From an uncultured Gammaproteobacteria bacterium (GTDB lineage Bacteria > Patescibacteriota > Patescibacteriia > Magasanikbacterales > GWA2-37-8): 64,000 bases of DNA. The stretch is taken from NCBI GenBank assembly GCA_964540825.1, contig CAZINT010000002.1, positions 128,993-192,992 of the forward strand, given 5' to 3'. Both the position numbers and the translations under genes were made by a program. Shown in pieces: positions 35,612 through 45,002 of the stretch (position 1 is the first letter of the stretch; each line of letters opens with the position of its first letter). The notes under the pieces were generated by a model. That model saw only the letters and a program-made list of their open reading frames with translations. It had not been told where the DNA came from and made no database searches.

Positions 35612-36175
35612 CTAGCGCGAGAGCTTGTACCCGAGATGAGGAAGGGAGCGGGTGGTCGCCGCGACCGAGAAGGTCTCGGTGGTCTCGCCGCCGAGGACGC
35701 GACCCAGCCAGTCTTCGAGCGGTATGCTGACGACCTCGATCTCGACCTCCTCGCTGTCGGGGGTGGGCTCACCCTCGAGCACGCACTCAAGTGCGAGGTA
35801 GAGCTGGACCCGTCCGCTCGAGTGTCGCGGGATGATGTCGACGTGTCCGAGGTCGATGAGCTGCCCCGCACGGTGGCCGGTCTCCTCCCTGACCTCGCGC
35901 CGCGCCGCCTCGTTGAGCGACTCTCCATCGTTGCAGTAGCCGCCCACGAGGCCGATCTGGATGCGGTCTGCACCCTGCTTGTACTCGCGTACGGCGAGCA
36001 CATTTAGATCGACAGTCACCGGCAGGACAACTACCGAATCCTGCAAGGTGTAGAGATAGAAATCATGCACCTTTCCGAACGGGTCCTCGAAGTCCTGGTG
36101 CACGATCTGCTTGCCATAGTGGCGCGGGCCTATGGGAACTGCTTCACCTACTTTTTTCCACCGTCGTACTGCCAT
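35612..36175 (-). CDS. NUDIX hydrolase with high-GC codon usage
   Basis: The Nudix box reads GGYCNDGESLNEAARREVREETG. The length is 187 aa. The GC content and GC3 are markedly higher than in neighbouring genes. Long antisense ORFs here are GC artefacts. Confidence 0.8.
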   Translation of the reverse strand: MAVRRWKKVGEAVPIGPRHYGKQIVHQDFEDPFGKVHDFYLYTLQDSVVVLPVTVDLNVLAVREYKQGADRIQIGLVGGYCNDGESLNEAARREVREETGHRAGQLIDLGHVDIIPRHSSGRVQLYLALECVLEGEPTPDSEEVEIEVVSIPLEDWLGRVLGGETTETFSVAATTRSLPHLGYKLSR

Positions 36176-36222
36176 AACGATCCTCCATACAATTCGTTTA
36201 GGGGGAAACAGCTGAGCATATC

Positions 36223-36250
36223 AAAAAACCTGCTTTTTGTCAAGCAGGTT
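36223..36250 (-). terminator. Rho-independent terminator for SDR gene 36282..37274: ACCTGCTT–TTTGTC–AAGCAGGT, with T6 on the minus strand
   Basis: An 8-bp perfect stem. An A-run lies on the plus strand upstream, which is a T-run on the minus strand downstream. Confidence 0.55.
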
Positions 36251-36281
36251 AGCTGAATATATGGACTTTAAAATTCAAAAA

Positions 36282-37274
36282 TTATTTTTTTGGATGAGCC
36301 AGATACCATTCATACGTACGCCGCAAACCCTCTTCCAGAGATACTTCAGGCTTCCAGCCTACAAGCGACTGCAATTTACTTACGTCAGCCAAACGGCGTT
36401 TTACACTACCCTCAGGCGAATTTTCAATAACAATTTTTTCTGGCCGCCAGCCAATAATATCAAATAACCGGTCAGCCAGATCGCGAATTTTTATTTCATC
36501 AAAAGCACCAATATGCACCGTCTCAACCGGTAACGTATCTGTCTTTGGTGAATCCATCAAAACCTGCATAGCCCGAACCACATCATCGATATAACAGAAC
36601 GTTCGTGTATCATCGGCGCCAAAAATGGTAAACGGATCAGTCTTGGCCGCAGCTCTGAGACAAAACTCTGGAATAACGTGTTCGTAGCCTGCCCGTGGAC
36701 CATAAAAATTATGAGGGCGAACAATCACTGCGCGAAATTTATACTGAGCAGCATAATGAATTACAAACGGCTCCCCTACCAGCTTGCTAGCGTCATACGA
36801 AGCACGGGGGTTATAGGGGTCAGCAATGACGAGCGGTACTTTTTCCGGGGTTGGAATGGGCAGCACTCCAAAGGCTTCTAGCGCGCCTGCATACACTTCA
36901 CTCGAAGAAGTGAAGCAAAATTTGCCATCTGCACTTTCTTGCCTAAACCATTCGAGCATGTAAATCAGCGTCAGCGTGTTAATACGCAACGTCTCGTGGG
37001 GCATGGTATAAAAAAACTTGGTACCGTTCACTGCCGCTAAATGATAAACGTGATCATACCCACCACCAAATTCTTTATATGAAACAGGATTTGTTAAATC
37101 GAGATTTAAAAAGCGCACCCGCGGATCTTTGAGTACGGCCGACAAATCATCATCCATTACCCCTCGCTGCAAATTATCTGCTAAAACCAATTCTACCGCA
37201 GGATCTTGCAATAAATGCTTTGCCAAATGATGTCCGATAAAGCCAGCTCCGCCGGTAATAAGAACTTTTTTCAT
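36282..37274 (-). CDS. NAD-dependent nucleotide-sugar epimerase/dehydratase (SDR)
   Basis: MKKVLITGGAGFIGHHL. YxxxK reads YDASK. The length is 330 aa. Confidence 0.8.
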   Translation of the reverse strand: MKKVLITGGAGFIGHHLAKHLLQDPAVELVLADNLQRGVMDDDLSAVLKDPRVRFLNLDLTNPVSYKEFGGGYDHVYHLAAVNGTKFFYTMPHETLRINTLTLIYMLEWFRQESADGKFCFTSSSEVYAGALEAFGVLPIPTPEKVPLVIADPYNPRASYDASKLVGEPFVIHYAAQYKFRAVIVRPHNFYGPRAGYEHVIPEFCLRAAAKTDPFTIFGADDTRTFCYIDDVVRAMQVLMDSPKTDTLPVETVHIGAFDEIKIRDLADRLFDIIGWRPEKIVIENSPEGSVKRRLADVSKLQSLVGWKPEVSLEEGLRRTYEWYLAHPKK

Positions 37275-37285
37275 ACATTACTTAA

Positions 37286-38926
37286 TTAAGGCTTTTGTAA
37301 CCACAACCACAAATCTTTCGTATTTTCAACTTTGGAACTAACTACTCGAAGACCGGCATTTTGAGCAAGTTCTCGAGCTTGCTCGGGTGTTACTGAAACA
37401 CCATAAAACCAGCGTCGTTTATATATTTCCGGCCCGGTTCGCAGGTGAATTTTAGCATACCCCCCAGATACAAGGACGCGAGCGATCTCTTTTAAGTAGT
37501 CGCTGATAAGAATAGTGCTTGGCAAATATTTAAATACTTGATAGGCAAAAACAGCATCTACCGAAGCACTGGTAACGGACAAACTCTGTCCGTCTGTGGG
37601 CAACCACGTAACATTAGTGAGATTGTGAAGACGTTTTTGAGCAATCGCCAACATCCTCTCAGAGATATCAACAGCGAACACCTGAGCAAAATGTCGAGCG
37701 AGATTTTCAGTAAGGCGCCCAACACCCGAACCAATCTCAACTATTTTTTTATCTGAAAAAGCACCCGTTCTTTTAAGAATTTCGTCTTCACCAATTAATC
37801 GCGCGTAATCAGCTTCACCCGTTTCTTTTGCTTCGAACTCATCTGCCTTGCGGCCGCTTCTGGTATCCGGATTACTATAATAATACGGCTGATGCAGTGC
37901 AAAATCATTCCATCTATTCTTCACATCCTGGAGCGTACTATCACTGGTTATATACCTATCCACAAGGCGCCGGGCCGGGCGAAGCTTCGAGCGAACAAAG
38001 CGAATTGGCGGCAACAGATTAAATCGCTGCCACGACTGCAAAAGGTGCGTAGAAATTTGTTTAGGCGCATTCGAATAGTCCCACGTCGAAAACCATTGAG
38101 GTAATGTCTGATATTTTTGACTAAGCTCTTCGTGAAAAGTGTTCGATTCATAGGCTCCTTTGAGGAGGGGTATACGGCGGCCTTCACTTTCGGCCATACG
38201 CCTAAAGGCGCGCATATCTTTTGGTAAGCAGTGGCCGCCAAAACCGGTCCCATACCGCAAGTAACTCTTCTTTTCTAAAATAAAGTTTATTACTTCTTCA
38301 ATTTTCTCACGACTTTCCGCAGTATCCGGATTCATCATGCTATCCCCAAATTCATTCACAAAAGCGATGCGAACAGCGTTCCAGATATTAGACAAGTATT
38401 TAATATATGCTGCTTGCTCCGGAGTTCCTTCAAAAACTTTATAGGCCCGCGCTTTCCACTCCTCTAAAAAACCAGGTATTCCTTCAGGGACGCGACTACC
38501 GATAACAAAATAATACGGGTTAAGACATTCTTCTACCGCCCGAATTTCGTGTAAAAATTCTGGCACGTAATAATGAAACGGAAGCTTGGCGAGTGAAGTC
38601 GGTAAAATAGTGGAGCGCAAAATAACTTTTCCTTGCGCACTCGTGAGTTGTTCAAGCGCCTTTTCAATAAAGGTAATATCTTGCGTGCCATCCTCAGCAA
38701 CACGGTCCCCTACGCAAACAATATAATGAGTAGTGGGCGCATCGAATTCTAGGAGTGATTTAAGTACCGTTATTTTTTCGTACAGCTCGTAATACTTGTC
38801 TGAGTAATGGAATTTGGGCGTAATTACGTCATAAAAACCAACCTCATACCCCATTCGCGCCAGCGAGAGAGCATTTGCCTGTCCAACCCACCCAAAACCG
38901 ACGACAACGATTTTATTATTAGCCAT
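37286..38926 (-). CDS. Fusion protein: N-terminal UDP-glucose/GDP-mannose dehydrogenase-like domains (NAD-binding plus catalytic central domain) fused to a C-terminal class I SAM methyltransferase
   Basis: The N-terminal Rossmann motif is KIVVVGFGWVGQANA. The dehydrogenase central-domain motifs are IKYLSNIWNAVRIAFVNEF and GTGFGGHCLPKD (catalytic Cys). The C-terminal MTase motif I is IVEIGSGVGRLT and motif II is VDAVFAYQVF. The canonical UDP-binding C-terminal domain of the dehydrogenase family is absent. Confidence 0.7.
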   Translation of the reverse strand: MANNKIVVVGFGWVGQANALSLARMGYEVGFYDVITPKFHYSDKYYELYEKITVLKSLLEFDAPTTHYIVCVGDRVAEDGTQDITFIEKALEQLTSAQGKVILRSTILPTSLAKLPFHYYVPEFLHEIRAVEECLNPYYFVIGSRVPEGIPGFLEEWKARAYKVFEGTPEQAAYIKYLSNIWNAVRIAFVNEFGDSMMNPDTAESREKIEEVINFILEKKSYLRYGTGFGGHCLPKDMRAFRRMAESEGRRIPLLKGAYESNTFHEELSQKYQTLPQWFSTWDYSNAPKQISTHLLQSWQRFNLLPPIRFVRSKLRPARRLVDRYITSDSTLQDVKNRWNDFALHQPYYYSNPDTRSGRKADEFEAKETGEADYARLIGEDEILKRTGAFSDKKIVEIGSGVGRLTENLARHFAQVFAVDISERMLAIAQKRLHNLTNVTWLPTDGQSLSVTSASVDAVFAYQVFKYLPSTILISDYLKEIARVLVSGGYAKIHLRTGPEIYKRRWFYGVSVTPEQARELAQNAGLRVVSSKVENTKDLWLWLQKP

Positions 38927-39023
38927 ACTGCTAGCTATCCCTTAAAACTGAATAAAGCACTGATAATCCTTTATAACTACCATAATGTACCATGTTCTCC
39001 CGCGCCTGACTAGGCCAAGCAGC

Positions 39024-40001
39024 TTAGCGAGTGACGCTAAAATCCTTTTGAAGCCGACGAGCTAAATCTTGGCTAAGCTTAGAGCTTCCTGAACTATTTA
39101 AATGGGCCGAATCATAAAAATCCGTATCGTTAAAAACTGGATAATCCGGTCCTGAAAGCGTGTAGTCAAAATACTCCAACCCCGCTTTTTCAGCCACTTT
39201 TTTTACATAGGCATGAATATCAGGGTAATTCGTAATTGTGTCCAAACGATCACGTCTCGTAGGCGAGGTAACCAAAACAACTTTGATATTTTGGGCTTTA
39301 GCCAATTGTATAACATCGCTTAGATACCTTAATTGCCGCGGATCACTGTCGGTTTCTAGGTGAACCGTGGTTGTTGCAATACGCTCACCATAGACCGGAA
39401 CCAGCGTTCCTTCGTTTTCGCGGTACCCTTTGTAAACAGTTATTCTTTTAAAATCATTAGTTGCAATTTTTGGAATGGCAAACAGGCCATCTTGCCAAGG
39501 TTTTATTGGTAACAAAAAGGGAGCCTGCTGATATTCTTTGGCAGCCATTAAAAAACTAATCTTATTTGTGCTTAGTTTCATATACGGAAAAGCGGCAAAA
39601 AAACTTTCGGTTAAATTTTGGTCTTCCCACGTCAACCAGTATGTCTCGAGCACGAGTACTTTCGGATGCTGTGTTTTAAGCGCCTCCCGCAAAGCAAAAT
39701 AGGTAACTAAGGGCGGTTGAAACTGACTTCCCAGGTTATAAGCTCTGATACCAAGCATATCTTCAAAAACTTTAGGGTTGAAAGCGTTATATGAGCGTGA
39801 TGAGCCAAAAAAAAGTAGGTCAACAGACTGAGCAGGCTGATGATAAAAATCTTCCCAATCTGGCACTCTCCCCTGCCCTACCGTACGCAAATGCTGACGT
39901 GGAATTGACAGAATAAAAGTAACTCCAAAACCAACCACGATCAAACCGACGCAGAAGAGCAGAAAATCAAAAATAAATTTTTTAGGTGGCGTCACATTCA
40001 A
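39024..40001 (-). CDS. DltD/AlgJ-like membrane-anchored protein, partner of MBOAT (SGNH-like fold), putative polysaccharide O-acyltransferase subunit
   Basis: An N-terminal TM anchor is followed by an extracytoplasmic domain of about 290 aa. The gene lies immediately downstream of an MBOAT gene with a 2-bp gap, as in the dltBD and algIJ operons. Confidence 0.5.
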   Translation of the reverse strand: MNVTPPKKFIFDFLLFCVGLIVVGFGVTFILSIPRQHLRTVGQGRVPDWEDFYHQPAQSVDLLFFGSSRSYNAFNPKVFEDMLGIRAYNLGSQFQPPLVTYFALREALKTQHPKVLVLETYWLTWEDQNLTESFFAAFPYMKLSTNKISFLMAAKEYQQAPFLLPIKPWQDGLFAIPKIATNDFKRITVYKGYRENEGTLVPVYGERIATTTVHLETDSDPRQLRYLSDVIQLAKAQNIKVVLVTSPTRRDRLDTITNYPDIHAYVKKVAEKAGLEYFDYTLSGPDYPVFNDTDFYDSAHLNSSGSSKLSQDLARRLQKDFSVTR

Positions 40002-40003
40002 TT

Positions 40004-41506
40004 TTAAAATTGGAAATAAATAAAACTACTCGTAGTAACAAATACCCCAAGAGCTCCCAAAGCGATCAAGAGGCCGTAGTACAAAGCCCACCGCCTCAGA
40101 CGAGACCATGTAGGTGCTACATACACCGTTTGATCAGCGGTCAAACGGTACGTTGATTCAAGAACCGGCAGTAAAAAAACAAGCAACACAATGACCATAA
40201 ATTTCGTCCGATCAACACCCAAAAAATATCCCAGAAACGTACCTGAGAACATAGATCTACCTCCTGATTCAATTACCTGTCTAAACAGCAGCGCGCTTCC
40301 GGTGAACAGATGGGTAACAATAAAAAGAGCTTCTTTCAAGGAAGCGGCCCGAAAAAAAATAAATGCCACTGAAACCAAAATAAGAGTATACATTCGTGCG
40401 AAGGCTGTATGCCAACCAGTAAAACGATGAGTTTTAAAAAGGGCAGATAGTTTGGCACGTAGTGTAATCGAGTATTCACTCGTTACACGATACAGACCAT
40501 GCAGCGCCCCCCAGACAATGAACGTCCAGGCAGCACCGTGCCACAAACCACTGAGCAAAAAAACCACAAGAATATTAAGACATTTACGCAGTCGTCCATA
40601 CCGATTTCCGCCGAGTGGAATATAGACATAGTCCCTAAACCAACTCGACAACGAAATATGCCAACGCTGCCAAAATTCAGCCATATTCTTGGCCAGATAA
40701 GGTCGGTTAAAATTAGTCATGAGTTTAAAACCCATCACCCGGGCTGCGCCAACGGCAATTTCTGAATAACCAGAGAAGTCACAATAAATTTGCACCGTAA
40801 AAAATATACTAGCAATCAAAAGCGGAATACCGGTATATGCCGCCGGATCAGCAAAGACACGATTCACAACTATTGCCAGCTGGTCAGCAATGACTATTTT
40901 TTTAAACAGCCCGGTCAACATGAGCCCAAGACCGCTGGCAACTTGTTGACGATCAAAAATATGTCGCTCGTGAAATTGGTGCAACATATTTTGCGGGCGT
41001 TCTATCGGACCAGCTACAAGCTGCGGGTAAAACATCACGTACAACGCATAAATACCAAGATGCCGCTCTGCTTTTTGTTTGCCCCGATATACCTCGATAG
41101 TATAACTCATTGCTTGAAAGGTGTGAAAAGAGAGTCCGATAGGCAGAAGGATATTGAGCGCGGGGAGCGAATAATTCCAATGTAAAAGCTCGGCTAAGCC
41201 GTTTATATTGGCCCCTAAAAAAGCATAGTATTTAAAAAACACTAGCACCCCGAGGTTAGAAATAATACTAAGAAGTAAATAGATTTTTCTTGTTCGCAGG
41301 CTCGGAGCTCCTTCAATAAGTATTCCGGCAATGTAATCGACGACAATCGTGCCCAGTAAAATAAAAATATACTTTGGCACGAAAAACATGTAAAAAAAGC
41401 AGCTCACTGTCAGAAGCAATACCCAGCGGTAGCGGTGCGGCAACAGAAAGTAAGCGACCGTGACGATCGGAAAGAAAATAAAAAATTGCACCGAACTGAA
41501 GGACAT
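40004..41506 (-). CDS. MBOAT-family membrane-bound O-acyltransferase (DltB/AlgI-like)
   Basis: 500 aa and polytopic. The conserved His region reads WQRWHISLSSWFRDYVYIPLGGNR. Confidence 0.85.
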   Translation of the reverse strand: MSFSSVQFFIFFPIVTVAYFLLPHRYRWVLLLTVSCFFYMFFVPKYIFILLGTIVVDYIAGILIEGAPSLRTRKIYLLLSIISNLGVLVFFKYYAFLGANINGLAELLHWNYSLPALNILLPIGLSFHTFQAMSYTIEVYRGKQKAERHLGIYALYVMFYPQLVAGPIERPQNMLHQFHERHIFDRQQVASGLGLMLTGLFKKIVIADQLAIVVNRVFADPAAYTGIPLLIASIFFTVQIYCDFSGYSEIAVGAARVMGFKLMTNFNRPYLAKNMAEFWQRWHISLSSWFRDYVYIPLGGNRYGRLRKCLNILVVFLLSGLWHGAAWTFIVWGALHGLYRVTSEYSITLRAKLSALFKTHRFTGWHTAFARMYTLILVSVAFIFFRAASLKEALFIVTHLFTGSALLFRQVIESGGRSMFSGTFLGYFLGVDRTKFMVIVLLVFLLPVLESTYRLTADQTVYVAPTWSRLRRWALYYGLLIALGALGVFVTTSSFIYFQF

Positions 41507-41538
41507 AACTGATTTTAACTATATACATTCCAAGGATC

Positions 41539-43320
41539 TTATTCCTCTACCTGATAAATAGCCAATTGACCATCGTCAAAAACCTTGTGCTTAAAAAAAC
41601 GGTCGAGCTGCCACTGTGGATCCAATTTTTTATCCCATACCGCATAGGTTATGCGGTATTTTTTTAAGTTTGTAAGTAAAGGGGCTTCTACAAACTCTTG
41701 ATACTCATTGATAAAGGTCTGATCCAATTCTGGCGGATAGCACTCGTAACAACCATTTTTAGCACGATAATAATTTCCAAAAATAAAACGACTGACATTC
41801 CTCCGATTAAGAGGATCAGAAAAATAATTCTTTGCCTCGCTGCTCGGAATGCCGTCTAGATACATATAGGTATAGAATGCTTCTCGAAGTCGCTCAGCTG
41901 CTACCAGATTTTCGCCGGCATACCCATTATAGTAAGCGTTTGCGGGCGTATATACCACCACAAGGGATGAAAAAACATCCGAAGAAAATACCGCATCATC
42001 CTTATTGGTATTTTGGCCGAGCCACTCGATAGCCCCGGCATAGCGCTGCCAGGCAACAAATTGGTCCTTTTGAACGCTGTACGACCAACGCTGGAATACT
42101 ATAGCGACAACTAAAAACAAAATACAGGCAAGGGCGGTGGCTACGGACAACCAACGCTCCGAAATTTTTTTAGATACCTGAGTAAAAAGTATGTACGTAA
42201 AAAGTAAACCCGCTAGTGGCGCCATATAATACCAATGGTAATGCGCTGGAATCGGCAAGGTTCGACCGGTAATGATTTGTTGATTAGAGACTATAAAAAT
42301 AGCTCCTAAAAAAGTCGTCATGAAAATACCAAACGTGTCAAAACGTCGGTATGCCAGCAGGAAGAGCACAAGTGCACCGCACCACACCAAGCTAATTACC
42401 GGGTCGTGGGTCACGACCTGCCCCGCCCTGACTACCAATTCAGGATAATAGGGCGAAGCGATTAATTTGAACGTATTAATAAAATAAGGAATGCCTATGA
42501 TAAGTCCACCTATGGTAATTAACGTAATGATCTTCAATTCTTTAAATCTGCGGCGCACTAAAAAATAAACCCATACCGCACCATTCATGACGAACAGAAG
42601 CGTGAAGGAAAAAACGTATGTATAAAAAGTTAGTCCTAAAAAAAGTGCAGCCAGGGCTCCGATACCCCATTTTTTTCGGGACTCCCAGGTTTCGAAGCGG
42701 GTAAGAACTGTAAAGAGCGCTACGAGATAGGCAAAAAAAACAAGATTACTTACTTGAGGGTTAATAGGTCGACCATACAATAAAAACTCTGCATCATTAG
42801 CTACAAAAACGCCGTGTCTTAGGAGGGGCAGCCAGGTATGCGGGTTGAGGAGCGCAGTGGTCGCCGGTGATAATAAAACAAAACAGGCTCCAATGAGCGA
42901 GACATCCTTACGCTTGGTCAGGAGAAGACCAAGGGCGTACACTAAAAAAAAGATGGTAAAGGGAAAAACAAATTTTGCCGCCAAATTAACATCTGGGACT
43001 GATAAACCCAGCAGCTTGCCTAGTCCCGCAGTAATAACAGCGGGGAGTGGTTGTTTGAGGTATGGCTGATCCTTGCCCTCATACATGTATACGTTGCCAA
43101 AAGAAAAATCCCCATTATACACCGCATGGATCTGCGCCAGATAGCTTGCCTCTCCATCAGTTCCCAGAAAGTCTATCCCTTTAAACGACGGATCAAACCT
43201 GAAAATAACACTAGGCACAGCGATGATAAACGCGCACAAAAACGCAAGCACAATAGCAAAGACATGCGCTTTGACCAGTACTCGGCACCTGAGCACACCC
43301 TCTTTAAGAGATACTGCCAT
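41539..43320 (-). CDS. Large polytopic membrane protein, hypothetical (possible GT-C-like polymerase or transferase)
   Basis: 593 aa with about 12 hydrophobic helices and a C-terminal soluble domain of about 150 aa. No confident motif was found. It lies adjacent to a polyprenol-P GT2. Confidence 0.4.
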   Translation of the reverse strand: MAVSLKEGVLRCRVLVKAHVFAIVLAFLCAFIIAVPSVIFRFDPSFKGIDFLGTDGEASYLAQIHAVYNGDFSFGNVYMYEGKDQPYLKQPLPAVITAGLGKLLGLSVPDVNLAAKFVFPFTIFFLVYALGLLLTKRKDVSLIGACFVLLSPATTALLNPHTWLPLLRHGVFVANDAEFLLYGRPINPQVSNLVFFAYLVALFTVLTRFETWESRKKWGIGALAALFLGLTFYTYVFSFTLLFVMNGAVWVYFLVRRRFKELKIITLITIGGLIIGIPYFINTFKLIASPYYPELVVRAGQVVTHDPVISLVWCGALVLFLLAYRRFDTFGIFMTTFLGAIFIVSNQQIITGRTLPIPAHYHWYYMAPLAGLLFTYILFTQVSKKISERWLSVATALACILFLVVAIVFQRWSYSVQKDQFVAWQRYAGAIEWLGQNTNKDDAVFSSDVFSSLVVVYTPANAYYNGYAGENLVAAERLREAFYTYMYLDGIPSSEAKNYFSDPLNRRNVSRFIFGNYYRAKNGCYECYPPELDQTFINEYQEFVEAPLLTNLKKYRITYAVWDKKLDPQWQLDRFFKHKVFDDGQLAIYQVEE

Positions 43321-43328
43321 AGTAAAAG

Positions 43329-44267
43329 CTACTCATTAAAATTAATTTTTTCCTCAATAAGGTATGGCGGACGGCGTTTAACTTCGTCAAACATGGCTCC
43401 AATATATTCTGCGACTATTCCAAGCGCCACAAACTGCAGTGCAAATAAAAAGGTTACCACTATTCCCAAAATACCTAATCCACTTATTTTCCATGTACCA
43501 ACTAAAGTAACAATCAACACTGCGAGCGCGCACACTCCATCGGCCAAGGCTAACAGTACGCCAAAAGAAAAAATGATACGCAGCGGTTTGCGGCTAAACG
43601 AAACAATACCGGAAACACCTAAATTAATCAGACGTCTTAGAGAATACTTAGTTGCCCCTCCGGGGCGCGGTGCCGCCACAAAACGAATGCTTGTTTGCTT
43701 ATATCCCATCCAAGGAATAATGCCGCGTAAGAAAAAATTACGCTCTCTAATTTGAGTGCCGATAACGTGAGCGACACGTCCAGAAATTAAACGAAAATCC
43801 GGGGCGTTTTGACCCATAGGTATTTCCGATATCGAATTCATGAAAGCATAAAAAATTTTTGAACTGATATTTTTAAAAAAACCAATCGAGTCAGTCCGGT
43901 CGCGAACGGCATTTACTACTTCAAACCCCTTTTCATATTCAGCGATAAGTTTGGGAATGATTTCTGGCGGGTGCTGGAGATCGGAATCCATCATGATAAC
44001 CACATCTGCCCGAGCATGCTCAATACCTGCAAGGAGCGACATTTGGTGCCCAAAACGAGTTGACATACCAAGTATCTGCACTTTTTTATCCACCCGGGCA
44101 ATGTCTTTTAAAATCTCAAGCGTGTTGTCCTGGCCCTTATCGACCACAAACACTATCGACCAGGTATAGGCGTTTACTACATCCAGCTGCTTCTTAACCG
44201 CTTCATAAAAATCGCGAATAATAGCTGCTTCCTGAAATACCGGGCTAATCACTGTCAACGTTTTCAT
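43329..44267 (-). CDS. Polyprenol-phosphate glycosyltransferase (GT2; DPM1/GtrB/ArnC-like) with C-terminal TM helices
   Basis: TVISPVFQE ... IVFVVDKGQDNT ... MDSDLQHPPE. The two C-terminal TM helices are typical of GtrB and ArnC. Confidence 0.8.
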   Translation of the reverse strand: MKTLTVISPVFQEAAIIRDFYEAVKKQLDVVNAYTWSIVFVVDKGQDNTLEILKDIARVDKKVQILGMSTRFGHQMSLLAGIEHARADVVIMMDSDLQHPPEIIPKLIAEYEKGFEVVNAVRDRTDSIGFFKNISSKIFYAFMNSISEIPMGQNAPDFRLISGRVAHVIGTQIRERNFFLRGIIPWMGYKQTSIRFVAAPRPGGATKYSLRRLINLGVSGIVSFSRKPLRIIFSFGVLLALADGVCALAVLIVTLVGTWKISGLGILGIVVTFLFALQFVALGIVAEYIGAMFDEVKRRPPYLIEEKINFNE

Positions 44268-44270
44268 ACG

Positions 44271-44993
44271 TTATGCGTTAAGCAAAGACTCAGCGAGCAT
44301 AGCTTTAATACTCTCATAATTTTCTACGACATGACGGTAATCCTCCGGGCGCCCAATATCATACCAATACCCGTTGAAATCATAAATCCAGATTGGCAGC
44401 TGCTTTTTAAGACTATCCCACATTAACGTATCAAATCCATACCATTCTTTTTTAGGCAATTGATCGATGACAGAACGATTGAAACAATTGATACCAAGCG
44501 CTACATAGGAGTAATGGCTTGGTTTTTCCTGAAAATCGACTAAATGATTGTTTTGATCAAAGGTCAGTACTCCAAAATCAATTTTAACCTCCCGCTTTTT
44601 AGCTGCTACAGATATTACATTCTGTCGCTTAACGTGCTCGTTAAAAAATTCCCGATAATTTAAATCAGTAATAGTGTCGCCATTAACTACTAAAAAATTG
44701 TCGGGCAAATCAGGGATAGCAGTAAGTGCGCCGATAGTATGAAGCGGCTTTTCTTCAAAAGAATAATCAATCTTTACATTCCACTTTGAACCGTCACCAA
44801 AGTAACTGATAATTAAATTACTAAAATGACTGACAGTAATAGTGATATGATCAAAACCATATTTAGCCAATTGCCCAATAACAACTTCCAAAATGACCTG
44901 ATTGTCACCCAGCGGCACAAGGGGCTTCGGAATAGCCATGGTGTATGGATAGAGCCGCGTCCCCTTTCCTCCGGCCAGAATAATCGCGCGCAT
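44271..44993 (-). CDS. Sugar-1-phosphate nucleotidyltransferase, short form (glucose-1-P cytidylyl/thymidylyl-transferase-like)
   Basis: MRAIILAGGKGTRLYPYT is the G-x-G-T-R-L motif. The length is 240 aa. It is adjacent to a 4,6-dehydratase. Confidence 0.8.
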   Translation of the reverse strand: MRAIILAGGKGTRLYPYTMAIPKPLVPLGDNQVILEVVIGQLAKYGFDHITITVSHFSNLIISYFGDGSKWNVKIDYSFEEKPLHTIGALTAIPDLPDNFLVVNGDTITDLNYREFFNEHVKRQNVISVAAKKREVKIDFGVLTFDQNNHLVDFQEKPSHYSYVALGINCFNRSVIDQLPKKEWYGFDTLMWDSLKKQLPIWIYDFNGYWYDIGRPEDYRHVVENYESIKAMLAESLLNA

Positions 44994-45002
44994 GTAAAAA
45001 AA

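Noticed and set aside
35362-36007. Alternative ORFs of 160–213 aa overlapping the NUDIX gene
   Set aside because: Same GC artefact. Only the 35612–36175 minus-strand frame carries the Nudix box REVREETG.
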